64,000 nt of DNA from Thermodesulfobacteriota bacterium (GTDB lineage: Bacteria; Desulfobacterota_D; UBA1144; Nemesobacterales; Nemesobacteraceae): positions 4,410-68,409 of the forward strand of contig OZ244851.1 in NCBI GenBank assembly GCA_965220925.1. Reading direction: 5' to 3'. A model generated the notes under the pieces. It saw only the letters and a program-made list of their open reading frames with translations, ran no database searches and was not told where the DNA came from. A program made the translations under genes and the position numbers. Shown one piece after another: positions 1 through 9,294 of the stretch (positions are counted from its first letter, which is position 1; every line of letters starts with the position of its first letter).

Positions 1-1461
1 GTGTCGAAAGAACAAATCCTCCAAAGTCTCCGTACCAACAGTCCTTGGTGGGAAGATCGCGGCGACGTCAGGTGGAAAGAGGCCCCCAAGCGGGCTTATT
101 TTACCGAGTTTTTTAACCTAGTAACCAAAAAAACCATTAACCGTGCTGTCGTTCTCATGGGTCCCAGAAGGGTTGGCAAAACCGTCATGATTCATCAGTC
201 GATCGCCGAACTTATAAAGCAAGCCGTGAAACCGGAACAAATTCTTTACGCCCCACTTGACAACCCTCTGTATTCGGGCCTTTCCCTTGAAGAAATACTC
301 CTTATGTTTTGCGAGATGAAAGATGGGGAGGGAAAGGAACCTCGCTACCTTTTTTTCGATGAGATTCAGTACCTCGGCAATTGGGAACGGCACCTGAAGT
401 CCCTTGTCGATACCTATCCGCAGCACAGATTTATAGCCACCGGTTCGGCTGCCGCGGCACTAAAATTGAAAAGCGACGAATCGGGCGCCGGAAGATTCAC
501 TGATTTCATCCTTCCTCCGCTGACGTTTTACGAATATATCACATTCTCTGAACGGGAGGAAAAACTTTTCAAGCGGGGAAAAGACTTTCCTTTGGGTGCT
601 GAATACCCGATGCGTTTTCTTGAAAAAATAGAACGTCTCAACAAAGAATTTGTGAACTACGTAAACTTCGGAGGTTACCCTGAAGCTGTGTTCTCCGAAG
701 AGATAAGGGCTAACCCGGGACGCTTCATAAGGAATGACATTGTCGAGAAAGTACTTCTTCGCGACCTGCCGAGCCTATACGGAATTAGTGATATTCGGGG
801 GCTTAACCGACTGTTCACCACTCTTGTCCGCAACACCGGACAGGAGATTGACCTGCCGGATCTCTCTAGCGGTTCAAATGTGGCAAAAGGCACTATATCA
901 AAATACCTTGAATATCTTGAGGCTGCTTTTCTGATAAGACGTATAAGCCGGATCGACAAAACCGCCAGAAAGTTCCAAAGAGAACACAAGTTTAAGATCT
1001 ATGTTGCCAACCCGTCAATGTATACGGCTCTGTTCGGCACTTTGGAGAAAAACAATTCGACTGTTTTCGGAAAGCTTGCGGAGACGTCGGTTTTCGGCCA
1101 CTTCTTTCATTTTACCGAAAGTTCGGAAAATCCGTATTACGCCCGCTGGAGAAATGGAGAAGTGGACCTCGTAACCATGGATGCGACCGGAGTAACCACA
1201 GCGGTCGAAGTCAAATGGTCCGACAGGCCTTTTAACAACGCATCGGAGATCAAGGGACTGCTTGATTTCGCCGAAAAACACAGGACCGCTGGCCTTAAAT
1301 ACCTGTTTTGCTGTACCCTAAGCAAACTGGGTTGGAAACAGTATGGAGACAAAAGAGTCTTGTTCTTCCCTACAAGCCTTTTCTGTTTTTTGTTGGGGAA
1401 ATTTATAAGCCGTCCACATAAAGAGTGTCTGATAAAATTCGCAAGCGAGCAAGGAGCTTAA
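1..1461 (+). CDS. AAA+ ATPase of the DUF4143/AAA_14 family (P-loop GPRRVGKT); may be slightly 5'-truncated by the window edge
   Basis: 486-aa ORF starting with GTG at base 1. Walker A motif VLMGPRRVGKT near residue 55 and the conserved architecture of archaeal-type ATPases seen in the translation. Confidence 0.7.
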   Translation: MSKEQILQSLRTNSPWWEDRGDVRWKEAPKRAYFTEFFNLVTKKTINRAVVLMGPRRVGKTVMIHQSIAELIKQAVKPEQILYAPLDNPLYSGLSLEEILLMFCEMKDGEGKEPRYLFFDEIQYLGNWERHLKSLVDTYPQHRFIATGSAAAALKLKSDESGAGRFTDFILPPLTFYEYITFSEREEKLFKRGKDFPLGAEYPMRFLEKIERLNKEFVNYVNFGGYPEAVFSEEIRANPGRFIRNDIVEKVLLRDLPSLYGISDIRGLNRLFTTLVRNTGQEIDLPDLSSGSNVAKGTISKYLEYLEAAFLIRRISRIDKTARKFQREHKFKIYVANPSMYTALFGTLEKNNSTVFGKLAETSVFGHFFHFTESSENPYYARWRNGEVDLVTMDATGVTTAVEVKWSDRPFNNASEIKGLLDFAEKHRTAGLKYLFCCTLSKLGWKQYGDKRVLFFPTSLFCFLLGKFISRPHKECLIKFASEQGA

Positions 1462-1853
1462 AAATATTTCGAGATCCGAAAACGCAACTTAGCCGCTATT
1501 GTCCTCCTGTAACTCTTTGTTAAAATTGAATTAATTACCTTTCAGTCAAATAAGCACAATTAATTATTCTTATTTTCCTATCGGGCCGTTTTCTCTGTTC
1601 ACTACCGTGTGTTTGGGTGTTTTCATAAAACCTGAGGAGGTATCGCCAAAAACGCCCATGGTAATGGATATTAATAGCGGTAAAGTGGCGGGGTGTCAGG
1701 TGCGGTAGGTAAATCAAGCGAACTTGCCGCCGATTTGATCATATAGCGAAGAAACTTACACATTACTTAATCTGAATAATATCAGCCCTTCGCTTATCTT
1801 TTCCTTCGAAAGTCGTTTACGCATAGAAAGACTTTATCTGTAAGATTTTTGAA

Positions 1854-2534
1854 TTATTTTACCGCCGAGTAAAGAGCGACTATTCCCAATGTGAGTTCGC
1901 AGTATATGCAATTACGAAATCCCGCGGTTTCAAGATGTCGTATGAATTCGCGTCTTTGCGGGAATGAAGCGGTGGATTCGGCCAGATAGCGGTATTCTTT
2001 TCCTCTGCCGTAAAAGCTTCCGATAAGAGGCATTAAAATCCTGAAATAGAACATGTAAAGCGGTTTAAAAATTGGGTTCTCCGGAATCGTAAATTCAAGT
2101 ATAAAAAGCCTTCCGTTTTCTCTCAGAACCCTTCTTATTTCTCTAAGCGAAAGTTCGTAATCGATAGTGTTTCTTATGCCGAAAGCTATGGTGGCGGAGC
2201 TAAACTTTTTTTCTTCGAAAGGAAGATTTTCCGCCGCGGCCGAAACCAGCTGTATTTTCTCCTGAAAACCTAGAGAGTCAATCTTGTTTTTCGCTATTTT
2301 GAGCATATTCATACTGGGATCGATTCCAGTGGTTTTAACTTCCGGATGCCTCTTGGCTATTTCAATCGCGACTTCTGCGGTTCCGGTGGCGATATCCAGA
2401 TTATAGTCGTCGCCGCAAAGTTTTTCCGCGAGTTTTTTTCTCCATGATTTGTGGATTCCGAGGCTAAAAAGATTGTTTAACCAGTCGTAGTGCTTCGCTA
2501 CTTCATCAAAAATTTTTTTCGTATCGGGCATCAA
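1854..2534 (-). CDS. ubiE: Demethylmenaquinone / ubiquinone biosynthesis C-methyltransferase (UbiE/MenG family, SAM-dependent)
   Basis: 226-aa ORF. The DIATGTAEVAIEIAK SAM-binding motif, ENLPFEEKKFS and GRLFILEF motifs match the UbiE/MenG family. Overlaps the upstream metF stop by 4 bp, consistent with an operon. Confidence 0.8.
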   Translation of the reverse strand: MMPDTKKIFDEVAKHYDWLNNLFSLGIHKSWRKKLAEKLCGDDYNLDIATGTAEVAIEIAKRHPEVKTTGIDPSMNMLKIAKNKIDSLGFQEKIQLVSAAAENLPFEEKKFSSATIAFGIRNTIDYELSLREIRRVLRENGRLFILEFTIPENPIFKPLYMFYFRILMPLIGSFYGRGKEYRYLAESTASFPQRREFIRHLETAGFRNCIYCELTLGIVALYSAVK

Positions 2535-3409
2535 AAAGACTCAAGTATTCTTTCTATGTGAGAAGTTCTGTTGAGAACGTAAAAATGAATTCCGGGGACT
2601 CCTCTTTGAACGAGTTCCTCCACTTGGTCTTTGCATTGAGCGATACCGATCTCTACGGCTTTAACGTTGTCTTCTCCCGCGTCTTGGAGCTTTTTTTTAA
2701 GCGGGGCGGGAATCTGAGTTCCGCAGAGGGAGGATATTCTTATCACTTGTTTTGACGAAAGCACGGGCATGAGTCCTGGAACTATCGGAAGCTCTATTCC
2801 CGCATCCCTTACTCTGTCCACGTAATCGAAGTAGTATCTGTTATCGAAAAAAAGCTGGGTTATTATTATATCGGCTCCCGCGTCCACTTTCTTTTTGAGA
2901 TTCGCTATATCTTCTTCGAAACTCGGGGATTCAATATGTTTTTCCGGGTAACCGGCGACCGCTATGGAGAATTTCTCTGACTTCCGATTTTCATACTTCT
3001 TTATGTGTTCTACAAGCTGATTCGCATGACGAAAAGCTCCGTGAGAGAATTTGCTTTCTCCGTCCTGTTTTGGAATATCGCCCCGAAGAGCCACTATGTT
3101 GTGTATTCCCTCTTTTTTTATTCCATCAAGCATGGATTCTATTTCTTCAACGGAATATCCCGCGCAAGTCATATGACATGCGCTTTCCGTTCCGATTACG
3201 TTTTTTACGTAAGAGGCGACTTCAAGCGTTTTTCTTCTGTTTCCCCCCATTGCTCCGTGGGTTACCGTTATAATTGCCGGAGAGAATTCCGCTAGTCTCG
3301 CGAGAGTTTTCTTTAGTTTTTCAAACTCCACATCGTCCTTCGGAGGAAAAACCTCGAAGGATATGAACGGAGCGTCTTTTTTGTTGTTTTCGTATTTGGA
3401 AAAATCCAT
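2531..3409 (-). CDS. metF: 5,10-methylenetetrahydrofolate reductase
   Basis: 292-aa ORF with the MetF TIM-barrel signature (SFEVFPPK..., TVTHGAMGG, ACHMTCAG, ALRGD). Confidence 0.85.
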   Translation of the reverse strand: MDFSKYENNKKDAPFISFEVFPPKDDVEFEKLKKTLARLAEFSPAIITVTHGAMGGNRRKTLEVASYVKNVIGTESACHMTCAGYSVEEIESMLDGIKKEGIHNIVALRGDIPKQDGESKFSHGAFRHANQLVEHIKKYENRKSEKFSIAVAGYPEKHIESPSFEEDIANLKKKVDAGADIIITQLFFDNRYYFDYVDRVRDAGIELPIVPGLMPVLSSKQVIRISSLCGTQIPAPLKKKLQDAGEDNVKAVEIGIAQCKDQVEELVQRGVPGIHFYVLNRTSHIERILESF

Positions 3410-3484
3410 ATTCTCTCTACCGGGGTTAAGATTCTAAGGTTTGCCGGACGGTTTTCCTCTCTTTTTTCTTAGAAACGCGCTTCA

Positions 3485-4651
3485 TCATTTTTTCCGAACC
3501 GCTTCAAGCGGCGGTCGAGGAAGACCGATAAATTTCCATAAAACGAGGAAGAAAAGCCCGAATATAAGGGGCAAGGATTCATTAATTTCGTAAAGTATGC
3601 CTGAGGACATTCCACCGACGCAAGCTCCCATGAAATTCGCTAGATTGAAAAACCCCGCGAGAACTCCTCTGTTTTCAGAGGAGACCCTTTGCGTGACAAA
3701 CGCGGGAAGTATGGATTGAAATATGGAATGGCCGAGAAAAAACATTCCTCCCGCAAGGTAAAGGGTAAGGTTGTCGGGTTCTCGCAGCAGGTAAATCAAA
3801 AAAGCTGCTACAAGAAAAAAAAGTCCGAGATGTGTCGACTGTTTTAAAGTCTTTTTTCTTTCGGAAATCCTTATGTACGGATGAACCAGAAATGCGCTCG
3901 GGGCAAGTATTACAAGGTAAACGAACCAAAGATCGGCGACTTCCGTGCCGAGATTTCTCCAGTCAAGAGGATATATGAACAATATAAGGTTAAGAGTGAG
4001 AGAAGTTACGAAAGTTGAGGAAAAAATCCTTCCCACTTCCGGTTCTCTAAGTTTAAAAAGAAGATCCTTCCTCTCACCGGTCTTTTTCTTCGGGAGCTTG
4101 GGAAACAGGAAAAGAGTTACCGACCCGGCTACTAAACCTAGAATCGCAAGTATGAAAAAAAGGCTTTCGAAACCGAATTCGGCAGCCAGTATGGGACCGA
4201 TCACCAACGAGATAATAAAAGTTACCCCGACTATTATCCCAGTCAGCATGAAGGATTGCGCTCTTACCTCGTTTCTTGTGGAGTCTCCCAAGGTAGCTAT
4301 CGCGACTGCTCCTATGGCTCCGCTCCCCTGAACGGCCCTGGTTATTATCAGTTCCCAAATGGTATCCGCAAATGCGCAAAGAATGCTGCCTAGGCAAAAA
4401 ATAATTAATCCCGACAATATCACGGGCTTCCTTCCGAATCTGTCGCTTGCCATACCGAAAGGTATTTGCAGAAGACTTTGGGTTAGAGCGTATATTCCAA
4501 ACGCGATTCCCGCGGATGATATGGTGGCTCCCTCGTAGTTTGAGGCGTATACGCTGAAAACGGGAATTATAAGAAATATTCCAAGAAGTCTAAGCGATAT
4601 TATGGTTCCTATTATAAGAACGCAACGAAGTTCGTATCTGTTTAGGTTCAT
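3485..4651 (-). CDS. MFS family transporter
   Basis: 388-aa highly hydrophobic ORF with about 12 predicted TM segments and the MFS motif region GMASDRFGRK. Confidence 0.75.
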   Translation of the reverse strand: MNLNRYELRCVLIIGTIISLRLLGIFLIIPVFSVYASNYEGATISSAGIAFGIYALTQSLLQIPFGMASDRFGRKPVILSGLIIFCLGSILCAFADTIWELIITRAVQGSGAIGAVAIATLGDSTRNEVRAQSFMLTGIIVGVTFIISLVIGPILAAEFGFESLFFILAILGLVAGSVTLFLFPKLPKKKTGERKDLLFKLREPEVGRIFSSTFVTSLTLNLILFIYPLDWRNLGTEVADLWFVYLVILAPSAFLVHPYIRISERKKTLKQSTHLGLFFLVAAFLIYLLREPDNLTLYLAGGMFFLGHSIFQSILPAFVTQRVSSENRGVLAGFFNLANFMGACVGGMSSGILYEINESLPLIFGLFFLVLWKFIGLPRPPLEAVRKK

Positions 4652-4741
4652 ACGGTGTTTTCCCTGATTTTCTCAGTTCCCGCATAAATATAGCCATAAG
4701 AGACTAATTCAACGAAAAACCAAGTTGTATGTTAATTGCCT

Positions 4742-4770
4742 TTGACAATAATAAAACGCTGTAATATAAT
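4742..4770 (+). promoter_or_regulatory. Near-perfect sigma70-type promoter (TTGACA-17 bp-TATAAT) driving the outer-membrane protein gene
   Basis: TTGACA at 4742-4747, a 17-nt spacer, and TATAAT at 4765-4770. An RBS GGGAGGG sits at 4803-4809 and the ATG at 4817. Confidence 0.55.
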
Positions 4771-4816
4771 GGAAAAAAACAGAGGCGTATAAATTGTCTT
4801 TTGGGAGGGATGTCCA

Positions 4817-5797
4817 ATGAAATTGTTCTTTTGGCTTAGATTACCAAGTTTTGTGGCGATAATAGGTTTGTTTGTTGTTCTGGCTTCATCGAATTTTGGT
4901 TCGCCTCTGGCTTTTGCCGGGATGCCGGGTGAATCTGGGGAGGAAGCTGTTGAGGAACAGACCTTTACCGCTCCTGAACCTTCTTCGGAAATAGTGGAAG
5001 AACCGCAAAAGGTAGAAAAAGAAGACTCTCCTTCGATTCCCGGTAGATTTACTATAGGAGCTCGCGGCTCTTTAGGAATTCTGAGCGAATCCGACGCTTC
5101 CTCTGAGCCGATTAGTTTCCAGGGGTTTGATTACGGAAGTTTCGATGGTACAACCGATTTCAACGAAGGTTACGGTCTTAATTTCATGCTTGGTTACGCT
5201 CTTTCAAATGGTATGCGCTTTGAAGCCGAGGTAGGCTACCTCAATAGTGACTTGAATTATGTGGACGTAAATATGCCCGGGACTATAGTCGTTAATTCCG
5301 GGATTGACGCTTCCGGGAATCCTTGCCACGCTTCAAGCGCCGGATGTATTCCCTATGCCCAGCTTCCAGAAGCCGCTCGGGACGCTATTGATCAAGCCGC
5401 TTTGGGAAAGCAAGATCTCGACGGGAATGTTTCCGCGCTTACTTTCATGCTTAACGCTTACTATGATCTGGACTTGGGTGGTAATTTCGTTCCTTATGTG
5501 GGCACTGGAATAGGCGCGGCTCATCTGTCTGCCGAGATTGAGTCAGGAGAGGGAATTACCAAAGGAGATGTTCTTGTCGATGACGAGGATTACGTCCTCA
5601 TTTATCAGGTCGGTGCGGGAATGGGTTATAAAGTCGGCGATTTCGGCTTAGGAAAAGATATAACTTTAACTTTTGACTACCGCTATTTAGCTAGTTTTGA
5701 CGAAGCTAAATTTAAAGGATCCGTGACGGGTAATTTCCTTGAAAGTGAATATCAAGGACATTACATCGGCGGCGGGGTAAGACTCGGACTCCAGTAG
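4817..5797 (+). CDS. Outer-membrane beta-barrel protein (OmpA/OmpW-like porin family) with signal peptide
   Basis: 326-aa ORF with an N-terminal signal peptide and an acidic linker. Alternating hydrophobic/aromatic beta-strand pattern (YGLNFMLGYAL, FEAEVGYLN, TFMLNAYYDL, YQVGAGMGYKV, LTFDYRYL) and a C-terminal barrel-closing strand. Sits behind a consensus promoter. Confidence 0.6.
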   Translation: MKLFFWLRLPSFVAIIGLFVVLASSNFGSPLAFAGMPGESGEEAVEEQTFTAPEPSSEIVEEPQKVEKEDSPSIPGRFTIGARGSLGILSESDASSEPISFQGFDYGSFDGTTDFNEGYGLNFMLGYALSNGMRFEAEVGYLNSDLNYVDVNMPGTIVVNSGIDASGNPCHASSAGCIPYAQLPEAARDAIDQAALGKQDLDGNVSALTFMLNAYYDLDLGGNFVPYVGTGIGAAHLSAEIESGEGITKGDVLVDDEDYVLIYQVGAGMGYKVGDFGLGKDITLTFDYRYLASFDEAKFKGSVTGNFLESEYQGHYIGGGVRLGLQ

Positions 5798-5872
5798 AAA
5801 AACGAGTTGCTCGGGTTTTCGCTTCTTACCGCGTGTGTTTTTCACTTGCGCGTGGTAATTCTTTGATTAGGG

Positions 5873-5900
5873 AATCGGCGATGTGAAATCGCCGATTCTT
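5873..5900 (+). terminator. Putative intrinsic terminator hairpin downstream of the OMP gene
   Basis: Perfect 9-bp inverted repeat AATCGGCGA-tgtgaa-TCGCCGATT followed by CTTATAAG. The U-tract is weak, so the call is tentative. Confidence 0.4.
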
Positions 5901-5976
5901 ATAAGTCCGGGACTCTGGAAGCTTTTATAGAGTGCTTTTCTCGTTATCATCCAGCCTTTAGAGATTTTTCTTAACT

Positions 5977-7065
5977 ATGAGACCCACTTGGGCTGAAATA
6001 AGCCTCGATCGCTTTAAATCCAACCTCGGAGAAGTAAAAAATATTGTCGGAAATAATGTCCGCGTAATGGCGGTTGTGAAAGCCGATGCCTATGGACACG
6101 GCGCTTTGCGGATAAGCGAAGCCGCGCTTAGCTGTGGAGCGGATACTCTGGGAGTCGCTACGGTGCCGGAGGCGATTGAGCTCAGAGAATCCGGAGTAAG
6201 GAGCGAGATATTTCTTTTGGGAGGCGTCTGCCCTCAAGAGGCGGAAACTGTGGTGGAAAACACACTTACCCCGGCGTGTTATTCTCCCGACACGCTTGAA
6301 GCTCTTTCAAAAGCTTCGCAAAAAAAAGGAAAAACCGTAAATTATCATTTGAAAGTCGATACCGGGATGACAAGACTGGGGGTTAGAACCGCCGATGATA
6401 TTAAATCTTTTTTCGCTCGGGTCGCAGGTCTTCCCGGAATAGAACTTGAGGGCGTTTTTACCCATTTGGCATCTTCAGAGAAAGACAATAGCTATACGGA
6501 CTATCAGCTTGAGATTTTTAAAAATAGTCTTTCTTGTATAAAGAAGCTTGGCGTAAGCTACCGCTACGCTCACTCGGCAAACAGCGCTTCCTTACAAAGG
6601 TTTCCCGCTTCCCACATGGATATCGTAAGACCCGGAATAATGCTTTACGGGTCGGGAGATACTGGAAGAGCCAAACTAAAGCCCGTGATGAAACTCAAAA
6701 CAAAAATAGTTCAACTAAAAAAAGTGCCTTCCGGAACTTACGTGGGTTATGGAGGAAGTTTCGTTACGCAAAGGCAGACTCTGGTTGCAACTCTTCCGGT
6801 CGGCTACGCGGACGGATATCCCGTGGCGCTTTCAAATAAAGCCAAAGTTTCTCTCGGAGGAAAACTCGCGCCGGTTATAGGTTCTGTGTGTATGGATTTC
6901 ATAATGGTTGACGCGACCGACGTTCCAAAGGCGGCGGTTGGAGACGAAGTAACTCTTTTTGGAGACGCGCTTGTAACGGTTGAGGATGTTTCTCTTTGGG
7001 CGGAAACCATATCTTATGAGATTCTGTCGAGAATTTCCCCGAGAGTTCCGAGAGTTTACGTGTGA
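5977..7065 (+). CDS. alr: Alanine racemase
   Basis: 362-aa ORF. PLP-binding motif VVKADAYGHG near the N-terminus and the C-terminal beta-domain are typical of Alr. Confidence 0.85.
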   Translation: MRPTWAEISLDRFKSNLGEVKNIVGNNVRVMAVVKADAYGHGALRISEAALSCGADTLGVATVPEAIELRESGVRSEIFLLGGVCPQEAETVVENTLTPACYSPDTLEALSKASQKKGKTVNYHLKVDTGMTRLGVRTADDIKSFFARVAGLPGIELEGVFTHLASSEKDNSYTDYQLEIFKNSLSCIKKLGVSYRYAHSANSASLQRFPASHMDIVRPGIMLYGSGDTGRAKLKPVMKLKTKIVQLKKVPSGTYVGYGGSFVTQRQTLVATLPVGYADGYPVALSNKAKVSLGGKLAPVIGSVCMDFIMVDATDVPKAAVGDEVTLFGDALVTVEDVSLWAETISYEILSRISPRVPRVYV

Positions 7066-7101
7066 TTTTCTGCGAATGCGCGAGTTGGAGAATCTCGAAA
7101 A

Positions 7102-7551
7102 ATGAGAGCGGTTATACAGAGAGTGACGGAGGCTTCGGTAAGCGTGGATAATCGCGTGGTGGCGAACATTGGAACGGGAATGGTGGTTTTTCTCGGGGTT
7201 TGCAAAGATGATTCGGAAAAAGATGTTTCCTATATGGCTGAAAAGATATCAGGTCTTAGGATATTTGAAGATTCTTCGGGAAAAATGAATCTTGGAGTGA
7301 AGGATACCGGAGGAGAAATTCTGGTCGTTTCCCAGTTTACCCTTTACGGGGATTGCAGAAAAGGTAGAAGACCTTCTTACGATCGGGCCGCGGGCGGGGA
7401 TTTTGCGAAGCGGCTTTATGAACTTTTTATCGCCGCTGTTATTGAGTGCGGAATTCCGGTGAAAACCGGCGTTTTCGGCGCTTATATGGATGTTCGCATA
7501 ATGAATAACGGACCCGTTACGCTTCTTATAGACAGTTCAAAAGATTTTTAG
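7102..7551 (+). CDS. dtd: D-aminoacyl-tRNA deacylase
   Basis: 149-aa ORF with MRAVIQRV...SQFTLYGD...GPVT motifs characteristic of Dtd. Confidence 0.85.
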   Translation: MRAVIQRVTEASVSVDNRVVANIGTGMVVFLGVCKDDSEKDVSYMAEKISGLRIFEDSSGKMNLGVKDTGGEILVVSQFTLYGDCRKGRRPSYDRAAGGDFAKRLYELFIAAVIECGIPVKTGVFGAYMDVRIMNNGPVTLLIDSSKDF

Positions 7552-7603
7552 AACCCATCGCGCTACTGGTTATTTCGCCAGGACGAATTATATTCTCAAG
7601 TAA

Positions 7604-8059
7604 ATGAAAACCGTATGCAGTCATCCTACCGCTCACAGAGATTATATATTTGAGGAAAAATACGAAGCCGGTTTAGTATTGAAGGGTTCCGAAGTTAAAT
7701 CTCTAAGAGATGGGAACGCAAGCGTAAAAGAGAGTTTTGTGCTTATAAGGGGAAACGAAGCCAAGCTGATCAATTGTTACATAGCTCCATACACCGCCGC
7801 TAACGTTTTCAACCACGAGCCCACAAGAGAAAGGAAACTTCTTCTGAACTCTCACGAGATAAAAAGACTGATTGGAAAAACCAGTATTAGGGGATATACT
7901 TCAGTTCCTCTAAAAATTTATTTTAAAAACGGCTTTGCGAAACTTGAATTCGCTCTTGCCAGAGGCAAGAAGACGAGAGATAAAAGAGAGGATATCAAAC
8001 GTCGCGAGGCGGAAAGAGATATGCAGAAAGCCGTAAAACGATCTTTGAAACGTTCATAA
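7604..8059 (+). CDS. smpB: SsrA-binding protein
   Basis: 151-aa ORF with SmpB signature (GSEVKSLR, basic C-terminal tail). Immediately followed by the tmRNA gene. Confidence 0.9.
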   Translation: MKTVCSHPTAHRDYIFEEKYEAGLVLKGSEVKSLRDGNASVKESFVLIRGNEAKLINCYIAPYTAANVFNHEPTRERKLLLNSHEIKRLIGKTSIRGYTSVPLKIYFKNGFAKLEFALARGKKTRDKREDIKRREAERDMQKAVKRSLKRS

Positions 8060-8064
8060 GTAAG

Positions 8065-8415
<351 letters not shown>

Positions 8416-8544
8416 ATCATAAAAAGTGAGCTGATTTCAGTTTTGTAGTGTATATGCGCAATATTCCGACTTGAACCTATATTTTCGACGGTAACCGGGG
8501 ACAAGCGATTCCTCTTTTTTTTTCCGACACAGACAAAAAAACGA

Positions 8545-9138
8545 ATGAAACGAAAGACAGTAGTTATTGCGACTAGAAATACGGGGAAATTAAAAGAATT
8601 CAAATCAATCCTCGCCGCAACGTATGATGAAATTCTCTCTCTTTCCGATTTTAAAGATATTCCCGAAATAGAGGAAACGGGCAATTCTTTTAGGGAAAAC
8701 GCTTATATAAAAGCGAAAACGGTTAGCGACTTTCTTAATACGGACGCTATAGGAGATGATTCGGGCCTGGTTGTAAAATCTATTGGAGGTGCTCCGGGAA
8801 TTTATTCCGCTCGATACGCGGGACAAGGAGCTTCGGATGATGAAAATAACGAGAAACTGCTTTGCGAACTTAAAGGGAAAGACGATAGAAGCGCCAAGTT
8901 CGTCTGCTGTATAGCTTTTGTTCAAAGAAACGGTGTAAGGAAATTTTTTGAAGGGGAATGTTCCGGGGAAATACTCTCGGAAAAAAGAGGAAGTGGCGGA
9001 TTTGGCTACGACCCGGTTTTTTACCTCCCCGAATATTCGAAAACGATGGCTGAACTGAGCGCTAGCGAGAAAAATAGGATAAGCCACAGGGCTAGGGCTT
9101 CGGAAAAATTTCTTCTTTATCTATCGAATATAAAGTAG
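8545..9138 (+). CDS. rdgB: Non-canonical purine NTP pyrophosphatase (dITP/XTP pyrophosphatase, Ham1/RdgB family)
   Basis: 197-aa ORF. N-terminal IATRNTGKLKEF, GDDSGL and FGYDPVF motifs are typical of RdgB. Confidence 0.8.
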   Translation: MKRKTVVIATRNTGKLKEFKSILAATYDEILSLSDFKDIPEIEETGNSFRENAYIKAKTVSDFLNTDAIGDDSGLVVKSIGGAPGIYSARYAGQGASDDENNEKLLCELKGKDDRSAKFVCCIAFVQRNGVRKFFEGECSGEILSEKRGSGGFGYDPVFYLPEYSKTMAELSASEKNRISHRARASEKFLLYLSNIK

Positions 9139-9294
9139 AAGTTTTGTTGCCGGAGATTTTTTCACATATAGCTTTGTCCCTGGATTTACTTGAACCTCCC
9201 GCTTTTAATTGTAAGCTTTGCTTGAATTGAATATATTTTAACCCTTAGTTTCGCTTTGTGGTCTCCGTCTTAACTTTATAAAGGAGTTTTCCTG

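Noticed and set aside
1535-1717. 60-aa minus-strand ORF in the 1462-1853 spacer
   Set aside because: No RBS, odd composition (His/Arg/Tyr-rich) and no recognisable features. It is left as a non-coding spacer with a possible sRNA flagged instead.
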